This document shows positions 37,870 to 47,926 of a stretch of DNA of 64,000 nucleotides, one piece after another (positions within the stretch are counted from its first letter, which is position 1; the number at the start of each line of letters is the position of its first letter). This DNA is from Micavibrio sp. UBA7689 (GTDB lineage: Bacteria > Pseudomonadota > Alphaproteobacteria > Micavibrionales > Micavibrionaceae), in NCBI GenBank assembly GCA_002482805.1, contig DLGR01000034.1, positions 106,208 through 170,207 on the forward strand. Reading direction: 5' to 3'. Made by a program: the position numbers and the translations under genes. Under the pieces are notes generated by a model that worked only from the letters and a program-made list of their open reading frames with translations, ran no database searches and had not been told where the DNA came from.

Positions 37870-39264
37870 ATGGGGAAATACTTCCAAAATATGTCCGTAC
37901 ATATCCTGCTGACTTTTGTGGCCGCGCTTGCCATCCTGTTTTTCCAAACGAAAGACCGCTGGCAGGAAGCGCCCTACGCCGATGAAGTCACGTATATGGC
38001 CATCGCCCTTCCCCTTTTTGATACGGGTATCTATCAGGACGGAAATTTCCGCAATGTCAGCGGCAAAGAAGGTAAAAACGGTGAAGGCATGTTTTTCGCC
38101 CCGCTCTATCCGGCTTTTCTGACTGGCTTGATGAAACTCTCGACGCCCTTTGCGGATACCGTGCGTTGTTCCGTTAAAAATGCCACGCCCGAAGATATCG
38201 CCGAAAAATGCGCGCCCCTCAACCTAGAAATTCTGATCGTCATACAAATCATATTGATGTCGCTGGGCGCGGTATGTGCCTTTGCGGCAGCGTGTATCCT
38301 GACAAATAACAAAATCGTTTCATGGATAGCCTTCGCGTTTTTATTCACAGGCAAGGATTATGCGGAACTCGCGACTGTTTCCATGAATGAGAGCCTGCTG
38401 CTTCCCCTATTCAGTTTTTCCATGCTGGCGTTTTTGCTGGCTTGGAAAAAACAAAGCTTACCGTGGACTGTACTGTGCGGTGTCAGTTTCGGTTTGCTCA
38501 GCCTAACCAAACCGTCTTTCGTTTACATGCTTATCTTTGCCGTGCCGTTTTTCACTCTGGTTTCGCTCTGGAACCCGTCTGTCAAAAAACCGCTCACCCA
38601 GATTTTGCTGTTCACACTTATATGCGCTGCTGTCATCGCGCCGTGGGTGTATCGCAACGGCACAAAGATCGGTGTCTGGGATATTTCCTACGGCATGGCG
38701 CCGTTCACCTTCGCGCAACGCGCCGCGTTCAATGATATGAACTGGACGGAATGGACGGTGTCGTTCGTCTATGGCCTGCCCTCGTTCGGCGACAACCTCT
38801 CCGAAAAAATATTCCCGAAAGAATTTTATGCGCGCCATGATTTCTCCGATCCGGATGGCTTCTATCAATACGGCAACCGCGTGCTGCGTCCCGAAACGTT
38901 AAAAGAAGCTGGAAGTTACGATGAACAATTTCCGCACCTTCTCAAACATTACCTATTTAACCAGCCTTTCAAACACGTGATGGTGACCTTCTCGCTCGTG
39001 TGGCGCGGCATGTGGACAGGCGGCAAGCTGGGCCTTATCGCCATACCCGCTCTGGCGGTGTTTGCTATTGCCGCCATCCGTCGAAAACGCTGGGATTTTG
39101 TGTTTTATGCGGGAATCCCGCTGTTCATGCTCGGATTTCATGCCTTTACCACCGTCAATGTGGCGCGATACAATCTGATCCTGCTGCCCTCCATGGGGAT
39201 CGCCTTTGCTTGGGCGGTTTTGTGGGCATGGGAACGCTGGAAACCAAAAGGTAAAACCGCATGA
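37870..39264 (+). CDS. GT-C fold glycosyltransferase (family 39/83, ArnT/PMT-like)
   Basis: 464 aa and polytopic. N-terminal loop motif YADEVTY (DE..Y), as in polyprenyl-phosphate-sugar-dependent transferases. Confidence 0.55.
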   Translation: MGKYFQNMSVHILLTFVAALAILFFQTKDRWQEAPYADEVTYMAIALPLFDTGIYQDGNFRNVSGKEGKNGEGMFFAPLYPAFLTGLMKLSTPFADTVRCSVKNATPEDIAEKCAPLNLEILIVIQIILMSLGAVCAFAAACILTNNKIVSWIAFAFLFTGKDYAELATVSMNESLLLPLFSFSMLAFLLAWKKQSLPWTVLCGVSFGLLSLTKPSFVYMLIFAVPFFTLVSLWNPSVKKPLTQILLFTLICAAVIAPWVYRNGTKIGVWDISYGMAPFTFAQRAAFNDMNWTEWTVSFVYGLPSFGDNLSEKIFPKEFYARHDFSDPDGFYQYGNRVLRPETLKEAGSYDEQFPHLLKHYLFNQPFKHVMVTFSLVWRGMWTGGKLGLIAIPALAVFAIAAIRRKRWDFVFYAGIPLFMLGFHAFTTVNVARYNLILLPSMGIAFAWAVLWAWERWKPKGKTA

Positions 39265-39629
39265 CGGCCCAGATTATAGGATTGCTGACCTTGTTCTCGC
39301 TGATGCTCGCATCGGGCCAAACCGTTTTCAAAATGGCTGCGCGTACGGCGGATTCCCTTTCCAGCGTCTCGGGTTTTATGAGCCTTGCTTCCAATGCATG
39401 GTTCTGGCTGGCGCTCGCTCTTTATGGCGGCGCAACGCTGTTGTGGATTTATATCCTGCAAAAAATCAACCTGGTTCAGGCCTATCCGTTCGTCGCTCTC
39501 GGCTTCATCATTGTACCAATTGCGGCCTATTTCTTTTTGGGCGAAAGGGTCAACATCGTCTATTACGCAGGCGGCGTCGCGTTAATATTGGCGGGGCTGT
39601 GGCTCATCACGGTCAAGGCAGGCGTATAA
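39261..39629 (+). CDS. small EamA/SMR-like 4-TM transporter (ArnE/ArnF-like flippase subunit)
   Basis: 122 aa with 4 TM helices. Overlaps the GT-C gene stop by 4 nt. Confidence 0.5.
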   Translation: MTAQIIGLLTLFSLMLASGQTVFKMAARTADSLSSVSGFMSLASNAWFWLALALYGGATLLWIYILQKINLVQAYPFVALGFIIVPIAAYFFLGERVNIVYYAGGVALILAGLWLITVKAGV

Positions 39630-39630
39630 C

Positions 39631-40599
39631 ATGAAAATTGCCGTTGTCATTCCCTGCTACAAAGTCACCGCGCATGTAGGCGGTTTAATCCCGCGCATCG
39701 GACCCGAAGTCGATGCCATCTTTTGCGTGGATGATGCCTGCCCTGATGAGAGCGGCAGATATATTCAGAACAATGTCAGCGATCCGCGCGTAAAAGTTAT
39801 CTTCCACGACAAAAACCAGGGCGTCGGTGGCGCGATGGTGACGGGTTACAAGGCCGCACTTGCGGACAAAGCCGATATCATCGTTAAACTGGACGGCGAC
39901 GGGCAAATGAACCCCGCGATGATCAAGGCCTTCACCGCCCCGATTGCCGAAGGTCTGTGCGATTACACCAAGGGCAACCGTTTCCACCGCCCCGATGATC
40001 TCGCCGGAATGCCGTTTATAAGGCTTGTCGGCAATGCGCTGTTATCGTTCCTTACAAAAATATCGTCCGGTTACTGGCATGTGTTCGATCCTACCAATGG
40101 TTACACCGCCGTGCACGCCGCCGTGCTGGCCGAAGTGCCGCTCGAAAAAATCAGCCAAGGTTATTTCTTCGAAAGCGATATGCTCTTCCGCCTCAACATC
40201 GCGCAGGCGGTGGTCCGCGATATTCCCATGACCGCCGTGTATGAAGACGAACAAAGCAATTTGAAGATAGGCGCGGTCATTCCCTCGTTCCTCTGCTCAC
40301 ACGCCAAAAATTTCTACAAACGCATCGTTTATAATTATTTCTTGCGGGATTTCAGCGTGGCGTCACTGGAACTGGTGGCAGGCACGGCATTCCTGTTATT
40401 CGGTTTGATCTTTGGTTGCATCAAATGGAACGAGGCGGCCGACATGGGAGTCACCGCCAGCGCGGGCACCGTTATGCTCTCGGCGCTACCTGTCTTGGTC
40501 GGCGTGCAGATGTTGCTCTCCTTCCTGCAATTCGATATGCAGGCACGGGCGCGCCCCCCGATTCACAAGGATTTGGTACGGATTTCACAGGCCCACTAA
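39631..40599 (+). CDS. family 2 glycosyltransferase, polyprenyl-phosphate sugar synthase type (ArnC/GtrB-like)
   Basis: 322 aa. MKIAVVIPCYKV...VDDACPDESG...KLDGDGQM (DxD), with two C-terminal TM helices. Confidence 0.8.
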   Translation: MKIAVVIPCYKVTAHVGGLIPRIGPEVDAIFCVDDACPDESGRYIQNNVSDPRVKVIFHDKNQGVGGAMVTGYKAALADKADIIVKLDGDGQMNPAMIKAFTAPIAEGLCDYTKGNRFHRPDDLAGMPFIRLVGNALLSFLTKISSGYWHVFDPTNGYTAVHAAVLAEVPLEKISQGYFFESDMLFRLNIAQAVVRDIPMTAVYEDEQSNLKIGAVIPSFLCSHAKNFYKRIVYNYFLRDFSVASLELVAGTAFLLFGLIFGCIKWNEAADMGVTASAGTVMLSALPVLVGVQMLLSFLQFDMQARARPPIHKDLVRISQAH

Positions 40600-40653
40600 T
40601 TTTTCTTGGCAATATCAGTATTTTCATATATGCCATAACTCATAGAGGGCTTT

Positions 40654-41400
40654 ATGAGTGATATACCAAGGAACGATTTTCCGCCCGTAATTACCGGCAG
40701 ACAAGATCATTTGCCTGACAGCCGCACGCGGCTGCGAAAAATAGAATTTTATTTTAACGAAGTCGGTTTCGAAAACAAACGTTCGATCCTCGCCGGTGAA
40801 GTCCTTGCCATTTCCCGCGAACTTAACCACACTTTAACAACACCTTTTATAGGCAGAAAAACAGCCCTGCGTCTTCCCTTCGGCAAAGATGTTACCCAAA
40901 GACTCAAGGGTAAAATACTGACACTCTCGGAAACATTTGCTTTCGAATCTTACTCATCCACCTATCAGCATGCAGAACCAACAGAGATCCATTTAAGACG
41001 TACTGCAGTTTTTATTAAGTCTGTAAATTACGTGGAATCCAAACAAGCTACGCTGATCGAGGGTATCATTGCGGATGTGGGCGAAAGAAACAGCGTGCTT
41101 GCAAAAATGGCCGAAGGTCGCTCCGTACGCTTTACCTCATTCACACCCATAGATAGAATTTTTGTAGGCAAGACGTATAATTTCGACCATTTGTATATCA
41201 GCCTCAGAGCTGCGGACGCGGAATGCACGTTGCATGGCGTAGACAGACGCATTCGCGAAGACGTCCCATATACACCCGAAAATATCGAGGCATTTCATCA
41301 AGCAACCATAAGAGCAGCCGAAGCATCCCAGCGCACGACACGAAAAAAAGGCGAAACGGACCTCCTACCACCCGAGACGGGCGAAGCTGGCCCAACTTAG
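40654..41400 (+). CDS. hypothetical protein
   Basis: 248-aa ORF with no recognisable motif. Confidence 0.45.
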   Translation: MSDIPRNDFPPVITGRQDHLPDSRTRLRKIEFYFNEVGFENKRSILAGEVLAISRELNHTLTTPFIGRKTALRLPFGKDVTQRLKGKILTLSETFAFESYSSTYQHAEPTEIHLRRTAVFIKSVNYVESKQATLIEGIIADVGERNSVLAKMAEGRSVRFTSFTPIDRIFVGKTYNFDHLYISLRAADAECTLHGVDRRIREDVPYTPENIEAFHQATIRAAEASQRTTRKKGETDLLPPETGEAGPT

Positions 41401-41477
41401 GGAAATCCGCCCTTAATAACTCGCTTTTTGGCTCTAATCGGCTGGAATTCCGCGCCGTATCTTGCTAATTCTGAAGC

Positions 41478-42074
41478 ATGCTCCGCCAATTGCCCAACAT
41501 ACTTACTATTTCGCGCGTCGCGCTGCTGCCCGTATTGATCGGATTGTTCTTTATCGAGGGCAACACGGCAGCTTGGACCGCGTTGTGGATTTACGTTTTC
41601 TGCGCGGTCACGGATTTTTTCGACGGCTATCTGGCACGCAAATTCGGGACGACCTCGAACTTTGGTACGTTTCTTGATCCCATCTCCGATAAAATCATGG
41701 TGGCATCCCTTCTGGTCGCGCTGGCCACATTCGATCGTCTTGATGGTTTGTGGATGATCCCCGCTATCGTCATCCTGATGCGTGAATTCCTGATTGCGGG
41801 CTTGCGTGAATTTCTGGGTCCGCAAAACGTCAAGGTTCCGGTTTCCAAACTCGCCAAATGGAAAACGGGATTCCAGATGACGGCGCTAGGCTTCCTCGTG
41901 ATCGGCGATTACGGCGACCAAGCCATGCAAAATGTCTTCGGCTTTCTGGTCATAGGAGACGGACAGGTTATCGGCGCCCTTCTGACAGGCCAGATACTTC
42001 TGGCAATCGCGGCAGTCATCACCATTTTCACGGGCTGGAATTATTTAAAGGTCGGCTTCAAACATATAGGTTAG
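41478..42074 (+). CDS. pgsA: CDP-diacylglycerol--glycerol-3-phosphate 3-phosphatidyltransferase
   Basis: 198 aa with the CDP-alcohol phosphatidyltransferase motif DFFDGYLARKFGTTSNFGTFLDPISDK. Confidence 0.88.
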   Translation: MLRQLPNILTISRVALLPVLIGLFFIEGNTAAWTALWIYVFCAVTDFFDGYLARKFGTTSNFGTFLDPISDKIMVASLLVALATFDRLDGLWMIPAIVILMREFLIAGLREFLGPQNVKVPVSKLAKWKTGFQMTALGFLVIGDYGDQAMQNVFGFLVIGDGQVIGALLTGQILLAIAAVITIFTGWNYLKVGFKHIG

Positions 42075-42078
42075 GCTA

Positions 42079-42429
42079 ATGGCGAAACATACGGGCAGCT
42101 GCCATTGCGGCAATGTTAAATTCGAAGTTGAAACCGATTTGGAAGGCACCATCGCCTGTAACTGTTCCGTGTGCACCAAGCGCGGCTCGCTTTTGAATTT
42201 TGTACCTGCCGAAAAATTCAAACTTATCTCGGGCGAAGATAAACTCACCGACTATCTCTGGAACAAACGCATCATCCATCATTTGTTTTGCAAAAATTGC
42301 GGTATCCTTCCTTTCGGCAAAGGCGTCGACCCGAACGGCAACGAAACGGTTGCCATCAATATTCGCTGTCTTGACGATGTGGATATCGATTCCGTCAAAA
42401 TAACCCCTTTCGATGGACGCTCGATGTGA
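42079..42429 (+). CDS. GFA/CENP-V family (glutathione-dependent formaldehyde-activating-like) zinc protein
   Basis: 116 aa. GSCHCGNVKFEV...CNCSVCTKRG...FCKNCG. Confidence 0.8.
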   Translation: MAKHTGSCHCGNVKFEVETDLEGTIACNCSVCTKRGSLLNFVPAEKFKLISGEDKLTDYLWNKRIIHHLFCKNCGILPFGKGVDPNGNETVAINIRCLDDVDIDSVKITPFDGRSM

Positions 42430-43505
42430 TGGCCAAACTGCTTTTCCAAATCGCGAAGCCCTTCCTGCACAAGATGGATCCCGAATCCGCGCACCATATG
42501 ACGTTGAAGGCTTTGAAAACGGGCGTCCTGCCGTGCCCGTCGCATGTGAACGATCCGCGCCTGCGTGTGACATTGTGGAACCGCAAATTCCCGAACCCAG
42601 TCGGCTTGGCCGCCGGCTTTGATAAAAATGCCGATGTCGTCGCCCAGATGTTCGCGATGGGTTTCGGCTTTGTCGAGGCGGGCACCGTGACGCCAAAGGC
42701 GCAGGAAGGCAATCCCCGCCCACGCGTGTTCCGCGAACCCACAAATGAGGCCGTCATAAACCGCATGGGCTTTCCCAATGGCGGCGCGGAAAATTTCCGT
42801 CGCAACATCGAAAAATTTCTGGAACACAAACCGCGCCCCGCCGGCATAGTCGGTATCAATATCGGTATGAACAAAGGTGTCGAAGATCCCGCAAAAGATT
42901 ATTGCACGCTGGTGCGACTTCTGGGGAATTATGCAGATTACCTTACCGTGAATATTTCCTCGCCCAACACGCCGGGGCTGCGCAATTTGCAGGCGCGGGA
43001 AAATCTTATGCCGCTTCTGGCCCGCATCATGGAAGAACGCAATAAATCATGCGGCAAAGATGATGCTCCACCGTTGCTCGTAAAACTCGCGCCCGATTTG
43101 AACGACGAACAGATCAAAGATGTCGCAGCCTGTCTGATTGAGGCGAAGGTGGATGGCGTTATCCTCGGCAACACAACGCTGGACCGTCCCGAATATCTCC
43201 CCGCAAATTTCTATGAACAGCAAGGCGGACTTTCAGGCAGACCTCTCACTCAGAAATCCACCGATGTAATCCGCAAATTCTACAACCACACAGAAGGCAA
43301 ACTTCCCATCATCGGCGCAGGGGGCATATCGTCCGCACAAGACGCCTATGCCAAAATCCGCGCGGGCGCATCCCTTGTGCAAATTTATACCGCCCTTGTC
43401 TTCCAAGGGCCACAATTGGTTCATGATCTCTTGATAGGCTTGGCACAGTGCCTTGAAAAGGACGGTATCGACCACATTTCCAAAGCAACAGGAAAAGACA
43501 CATGA
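42426..43505 (+). CDS. pyrD: dihydroorotate dehydrogenase (quinone)
   Basis: 359 aa with class 2 DHODH motifs: GLAAGFDKNA, GFVEAGTVTP, NRMGFPN, VNISSPNTPGLR, GGLSG. Its start overlaps the GFA stop. Confidence 0.92.
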   Translation: MMAKLLFQIAKPFLHKMDPESAHHMTLKALKTGVLPCPSHVNDPRLRVTLWNRKFPNPVGLAAGFDKNADVVAQMFAMGFGFVEAGTVTPKAQEGNPRPRVFREPTNEAVINRMGFPNGGAENFRRNIEKFLEHKPRPAGIVGINIGMNKGVEDPAKDYCTLVRLLGNYADYLTVNISSPNTPGLRNLQARENLMPLLARIMEERNKSCGKDDAPPLLVKLAPDLNDEQIKDVAACLIEAKVDGVILGNTTLDRPEYLPANFYEQQGGLSGRPLTQKSTDVIRKFYNHTEGKLPIIGAGGISSAQDAYAKIRAGASLVQIYTALVFQGPQLVHDLLIGLAQCLEKDGIDHISKATGKDT

Positions 43506-45322
43506 AAACAAAAACGCTTTTGATTATCCTTGCTCTCCTGAGCGTCTGCCTTGCTTTGCCTGCTCTTGGACAGGAAGCCACGCCGCAAGCCTCTATTGCG
43601 ATGCATGGCGATGTGAAATACAAAGACGGCTGGACGCATATGGACTATGTGAATCCCGACGCGCCCAAAGGCGGCACGTTTAAATCCCACACGATCGGTA
43701 CGTTTGATTCCCTGAACCCTTTCATCATCAAAGGCTCCCCCGCCGCGGGCATGACGTATCTGGGACAAAGCCTTATCTATGACTCGCTGATGGAACAATC
43801 CCTTGATGAACCGTTCTCCATGTACGGGCTTCTGGCCGAAACCATCGAACGCCCGAAAGACAATTCGTGGGTCGCATTCAATCTGCGCAAGGAAGCCAAA
43901 TGGGCGGATGGCCAGCCTGTGACGGCGGATGATGTCGTGTGGACCTTCAACACCATGCTGGAAAAAGGCGCGCCGTTCTTTAAGGCTTATTACGGCGATG
44001 TGACGAAAGTGGAAGCCACCTCGCCCACGCGCGTAAAATTCACGTTTGCTCACAATGACAACAGCGAATTGCCGCTAATCATCTCGCAGCTTACCATTTT
44101 GCCCAAACATTACTGGACAACCGAAGGCCGTGATATCGGCAATACCACCTTGACACCCCCGCTCGGTAACGGTGCCTATAAAGTCGGCGCTATCGCCCCC
44201 GGCCGTTCCATAGAATATGTACGCGATCCGAATTACTGGGGCAAAGATCTTGCCATCAACAAAGGCAAAAACAATTTCGACAAACAAGTGATCGATTACT
44301 ACAAGGACAACAATGTTGCATTGGAAGCCTTCTTCGCGGGTGAATATGATTACCGCCTCGAAAACACCGCCAAGCTCTGGCACACCGCTTATGACGCGCC
44401 CGCTGTCAAAGACGGACGCATCATAAAGGAAGAAGTGAAACACAACCGCCCTGCCGGCATGCAGGGATTCCTTTATAATATGCGCCGCCCGTTGTTTGCG
44501 GATGTCGCGGTGCGCAAAGCCCTCGCCTACGCATTCGATTTCGAATGGTCGAACAAGCAATTCGCTTATGGCGGATACACGCGCACCGACAGCTATTTTG
44601 AAAACTCCGACCTCGCGGCACTCGATGGCCCACCCACGGGCAAAGAACTGGAAATTCTTGAAAAATATCGCGGACAAATTCCCGAAGAAGCCTTCACCAC
44701 GCGCTATTCGCCGCCAAAAACCGACGGATCGGGCAACATGCGTGAAAACCTGCGTGCCGCCGCACAAATTTTGGACACTGCGGGATGGAAGCTGGGCAAG
44801 GACGGTATCCGTGCCAACGCATCTGGCCAAAAACTTAAATTCGAAATTATCGACGCCAACCCGATGTTCGAAAGATGGGTCCTGCCCTTTATCGCGAATT
44901 TGAAGAAAATCGGGGTTGCGGCGAACTTCCGCGTGCTCGACCCCGCGCAATATCAAAATCGTATGAATGAATTCGATTACGACATGACGGTGGGGGTCAT
45001 AGCCCAGTCAGATTCACCGGGCAACGAACAAGTTGATTTCTGGGGTTCCGAGAAGGCCGATACACCCGGTTCGCGCAACTATATCGGCATTAAAAGCAAG
45101 CCTATAGACGATATTATCATGCAGATCATCCGTGCAAAATCGCGCGAAGATCTTGTGGCCTATTGCCGCGCGCTGGACCGTATTTTGCTATCCGGCTATT
45201 ACGTTATCCCGCAATGGCACACAGATCACTTCAATCTGGCTTACTGGAAAAAACTGCAACGGCCCACAACACTCTCGCCTTTGACACCGTCAGTCAGCGA
45301 TACATGGTGGGCCGCGCAATAA
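43502..45322 (+). CDS. yejA: peptide/microcin-C-type ABC transporter substrate-binding protein YejA
   Basis: 606 aa, family 5 SBP with a signal peptide. Size and sequence resemble YejA. ATGA overlap with pyrD. Confidence 0.75.
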   Translation: MKTKTLLIILALLSVCLALPALGQEATPQASIAMHGDVKYKDGWTHMDYVNPDAPKGGTFKSHTIGTFDSLNPFIIKGSPAAGMTYLGQSLIYDSLMEQSLDEPFSMYGLLAETIERPKDNSWVAFNLRKEAKWADGQPVTADDVVWTFNTMLEKGAPFFKAYYGDVTKVEATSPTRVKFTFAHNDNSELPLIISQLTILPKHYWTTEGRDIGNTTLTPPLGNGAYKVGAIAPGRSIEYVRDPNYWGKDLAINKGKNNFDKQVIDYYKDNNVALEAFFAGEYDYRLENTAKLWHTAYDAPAVKDGRIIKEEVKHNRPAGMQGFLYNMRRPLFADVAVRKALAYAFDFEWSNKQFAYGGYTRTDSYFENSDLAALDGPPTGKELEILEKYRGQIPEEAFTTRYSPPKTDGSGNMRENLRAAAQILDTAGWKLGKDGIRANASGQKLKFEIIDANPMFERWVLPFIANLKKIGVAANFRVLDPAQYQNRMNEFDYDMTVGVIAQSDSPGNEQVDFWGSEKADTPGSRNYIGIKSKPIDDIIMQIIRAKSREDLVAYCRALDRILLSGYYVIPQWHTDHFNLAYWKKLQRPTTLSPLTPSVSDTWWAAQ

Positions 45323-45336
45323 GATTTGGCTAACGA

Positions 45337-45837
45337 TTAAGCAGCAGCTTTATAGGCTTTTTGATTGATCGTTTTGGAAAGCTCGGTCAGTTTTTCATCT
45401 GTCGCAACTTCCTGTTCTTGGATTTCGCGCAGAATCTTGATTGCATCGGCATAATCCAATTTTTCTGCCAAGGCGCACAAAGATCCATAACCGGAAATCT
45501 CGTAGTGCTCTACTTTTTGGGCAGCGATAATCAAAGCACAGTCTAGAACAGCGCCTTTTTCAAATTCTTCCCAAGCCTCGCCGCCTTCTTTAACGAGGCC
45601 TTTCATCGCTTCGCACGTGACGGATTTGAATTTGATGTCGCACAGCTTGGCAACCTCTTCCAGTTTGGAAATCTGGTCTTCGGTTTCTGCCAAATGATTC
45701 TCGAAGCCGGCTTTGAGTTTTGCATCCGTGGCGTGTTTTGCCATTTTCGGCAGGGCTTTGGTCAGTTGTTTTTCGGCATTATAAATGTCCGAAATTTCCA
45801 TTACGAACAGGTCGTGCAGATTGTCTACTTTGGACAT
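45337..45837 (-). CDS. ferritin-like DUF892 (YciE/YciF) family protein
   Basis: 166 aa. LHDLFVMEISDIYNAEKQLTKALPKMAKHATDAKLKAGFENHLAETEDQ. Confidence 0.85.
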   Translation of the reverse strand: MSKVDNLHDLFVMEISDIYNAEKQLTKALPKMAKHATDAKLKAGFENHLAETEDQISKLEEVAKLCDIKFKSVTCEAMKGLVKEGGEAWEEFEKGAVLDCALIIAAQKVEHYEISGYGSLCALAEKLDYADAIKILREIQEQEVATDEKLTELSKTINQKAYKAAA

Positions 45838-45934
45838 ATTTTATCTCCTTCAGGGGTTTAAATTGGTCATGGGGCCAACGCCGACAGCCAAAAACAGTTC
45901 CGTTTTTGACTAAAGTTAGGTAAAGTCGGCCCCT

Positions 45935-46738
45935 ATGAAGACCGCGATCATTATTCCCGCCCGTTACGGCTCCTCCCGCTTCCCCGGAAAACCGCTCGTC
46001 AAACTCGGCGGGCAAAGCATGCTTTCGCGGGTCGTGGACATCGCGCAAAAAGCCGCCGGTTCGCTCAAGAACGTCACCGTCGCTGTTGCAACGGAAGACG
46101 AACGCATCCAAAAACATTGCGACGAGATCGGCGTTCAATGCGTCATGACTTCCGAAGCCTGCAAGACGGGTTCGGACCGCGTGCTCGAAGCCGCGCAAAT
46201 ACTGGATGGCGATTTTGAATTCGTGGTGGGATTGCAGGGTGACGCGCCTTTCACACCGGTCGAAGCCCCGTTCAAAATGATTCAGGCTTTTGTTTCCGAC
46301 CCTAAGCTCGAAGTGGTAACACCCGTTGCCAGATTGCGCTGGAATGAACTCGACGCCCTTCGTGAATCCAAAAAGAAAACGCCGTTTTCGGGCACGACTT
46401 GCGTGATGGATGCAAAAGGCAAAGCCCTGTGGTTTTCCAAATCGATTCTTCCTGCCATCCGCAAAGAAGATGAATTGCGCAAAGAAGAATTCTCCCCCGT
46501 TCACCAGCATATCGGGCTGTATGGATTTCGTTTCGATGTGCTGAAAAAATTCGTCTCGCTACCCGAAGGTTTTTATGAACGGCTCGAAGGACTGGAACAA
46601 CTCCGCCTTCTTGAAAACGGCATTTCCATTCAAACCGTCACGCTCGATGTAGCGGCGGGCATGGCACAAGCGGGAATCGATTCCCCCGAAGATGTGGAAC
46701 GCGCCGAAAAGCTTCTCGCGAAACTCGCCGCCGCTTAA
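45935..46738 (+). CDS. kdsB: 3-deoxy-manno-octulosonate cytidylyltransferase (CMP-KDO synthetase)
   Basis: 267 aa. IIPARYGSSRFPGKPL...QGDAPF...HIGLYGFR. Confidence 0.88.
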   Translation: MKTAIIIPARYGSSRFPGKPLVKLGGQSMLSRVVDIAQKAAGSLKNVTVAVATEDERIQKHCDEIGVQCVMTSEACKTGSDRVLEAAQILDGDFEFVVGLQGDAPFTPVEAPFKMIQAFVSDPKLEVVTPVARLRWNELDALRESKKKTPFSGTTCVMDAKGKALWFSKSILPAIRKEDELRKEEFSPVHQHIGLYGFRFDVLKKFVSLPEGFYERLEGLEQLRLLENGISIQTVTLDVAAGMAQAGIDSPEDVERAEKLLAKLAAA

Positions 46739-47562
46739 GCGGCTTTGTCCCATTTGGGTGCGAAGCCCGGGCTTATCATGCGCCCGTCGGGTTTAGCCAA
46801 CGCATGAATCTGCACCATCTCATCCGCGGTTAATTCGAAATCAAAGATATCGATATTGTTTTTGATGTTTTGAGGTGTGGCGGATTTGGGAATGGCGGCG
46901 ACATTGTCCTGCTGCATGTGCCAGCGCAGCGTCACCTGCCCCGCATTCTTGCTGTATTTCAATCCGATTTCCTGAAGCAACGGTTCCTTGATAGCCTTGC
47001 CGCGCCCGACGGGTGAATAAGACGTCAAAGCCATGTCGTTCTTTCTGACAAAATCCAGAACGGGTTTTTGGGACAGATACGGATGATATTCCACTTGGTT
47101 GCAAAAAATATCAGGCGCAACTTTCAACGCCTCTTCCATCTGTTGGATATTAAAGTTGCTGACTCCGATCAATTTTGTCTTGCCCGCTGCTTTTACCTTG
47201 GCGATATCTTCTACCATTTTTGAAACCGGCTTTTCAGGCCACGGCCAATGGATAAGGAGCAAATCCACATAATCGGTTTTCAGCTTTTTCAAACTTTCAT
47301 CGACTGATTGCATAACCGCGTCATTAACAAAATAATCGCGCCATACTTTGGTGGTCAGGAATATTTTATCGCGTGAGATTTTGGAGCGCTGAATACCATC
47401 CCCCACTTCCGCCTCGTTCTGATAAAACTGAGCCGTGTCTATGTGGGTGTATCCGTTTTGAATGGCCAAATCTACGGCGGCGGCACAATCAGTGCCCATC
47501 AGCTCATATGTCCCGAAGCCGAGAGCAGGCATTTTGGTGCCTTGAACGATAATGTGTTTCAT
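46735..47562 (-). CDS. aldo/keto reductase (2,5-diketo-D-gluconate reductase-like)
   Basis: 275 aa. PALGFGTYEL...GYTHIDTAQFYQNE...LLIHWP...IPKS. Confidence 0.88.
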   Translation of the reverse strand: MKHIIVQGTKMPALGFGTYELMGTDCAAAVDLAIQNGYTHIDTAQFYQNEAEVGDGIQRSKISRDKIFLTTKVWRDYFVNDAVMQSVDESLKKLKTDYVDLLLIHWPWPEKPVSKMVEDIAKVKAAGKTKLIGVSNFNIQQMEEALKVAPDIFCNQVEYHPYLSQKPVLDFVRKNDMALTSYSPVGRGKAIKEPLLQEIGLKYSKNAGQVTLRWHMQQDNVAAIPKSATPQNIKNNIDIFDFELTADEMVQIHALAKPDGRMISPGFAPKWDKAA

Positions 47563-47663
47563 GAAAATTCCTTTTATTAAAAATCAGCTTTTTGGAACCT
47601 AGATCAAAATTCGTGCGTTTGAAGGTCATAAAAGCAATTAATTTTAATGAGGAATATAGAAAA

Positions 47664-47873
47664 ATGGATTGGAAAGCGGAAAAACTTTGTTCCAGTCACG
47701 GGAAATATGATCTTTTGGTGGAACGCTTTAAACACGGCCATCACTGTGAAGACCAAAGCGAAAGCTGGAAATGGCGTGTTATTCATAGCGGCGTGGTTCT
47801 TTCGCAAGGAACCTCCACGGACATGGAAGCCGCCCAAAAAATGGCAGAATCCAATATCCCTATGAACTCATAA
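47664..47873 (+). CDS. hypothetical small protein (69 aa)
   Basis: The ATG at 47664 lies 10 nt after GAGGA. The ORF track extension from 47592 is unlikely to be real. Confidence 0.35.
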   Translation: MDWKAEKLCSSHGKYDLLVERFKHGHHCEDQSESWKWRVIHSGVVLSQGTSTDMEAAQKMAESNIPMNS

Positions 47874-47926
47874 TGAATTCATAGGCGGTTGCCAGGCGGG
47901 CTGAATTCGGGTCTTATGATAATAAG

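Noticed and set aside
46735-46738. 4-nt overlap of the convergent kdsB and aldo/keto reductase stops (CTTAAG), and abutting stops at 29128/29129 and 52944/52945
   Set aside because: This is tight convergent packing with palindromic stop contexts. It is noted but looks like ordinary genome compaction rather than a functional element.
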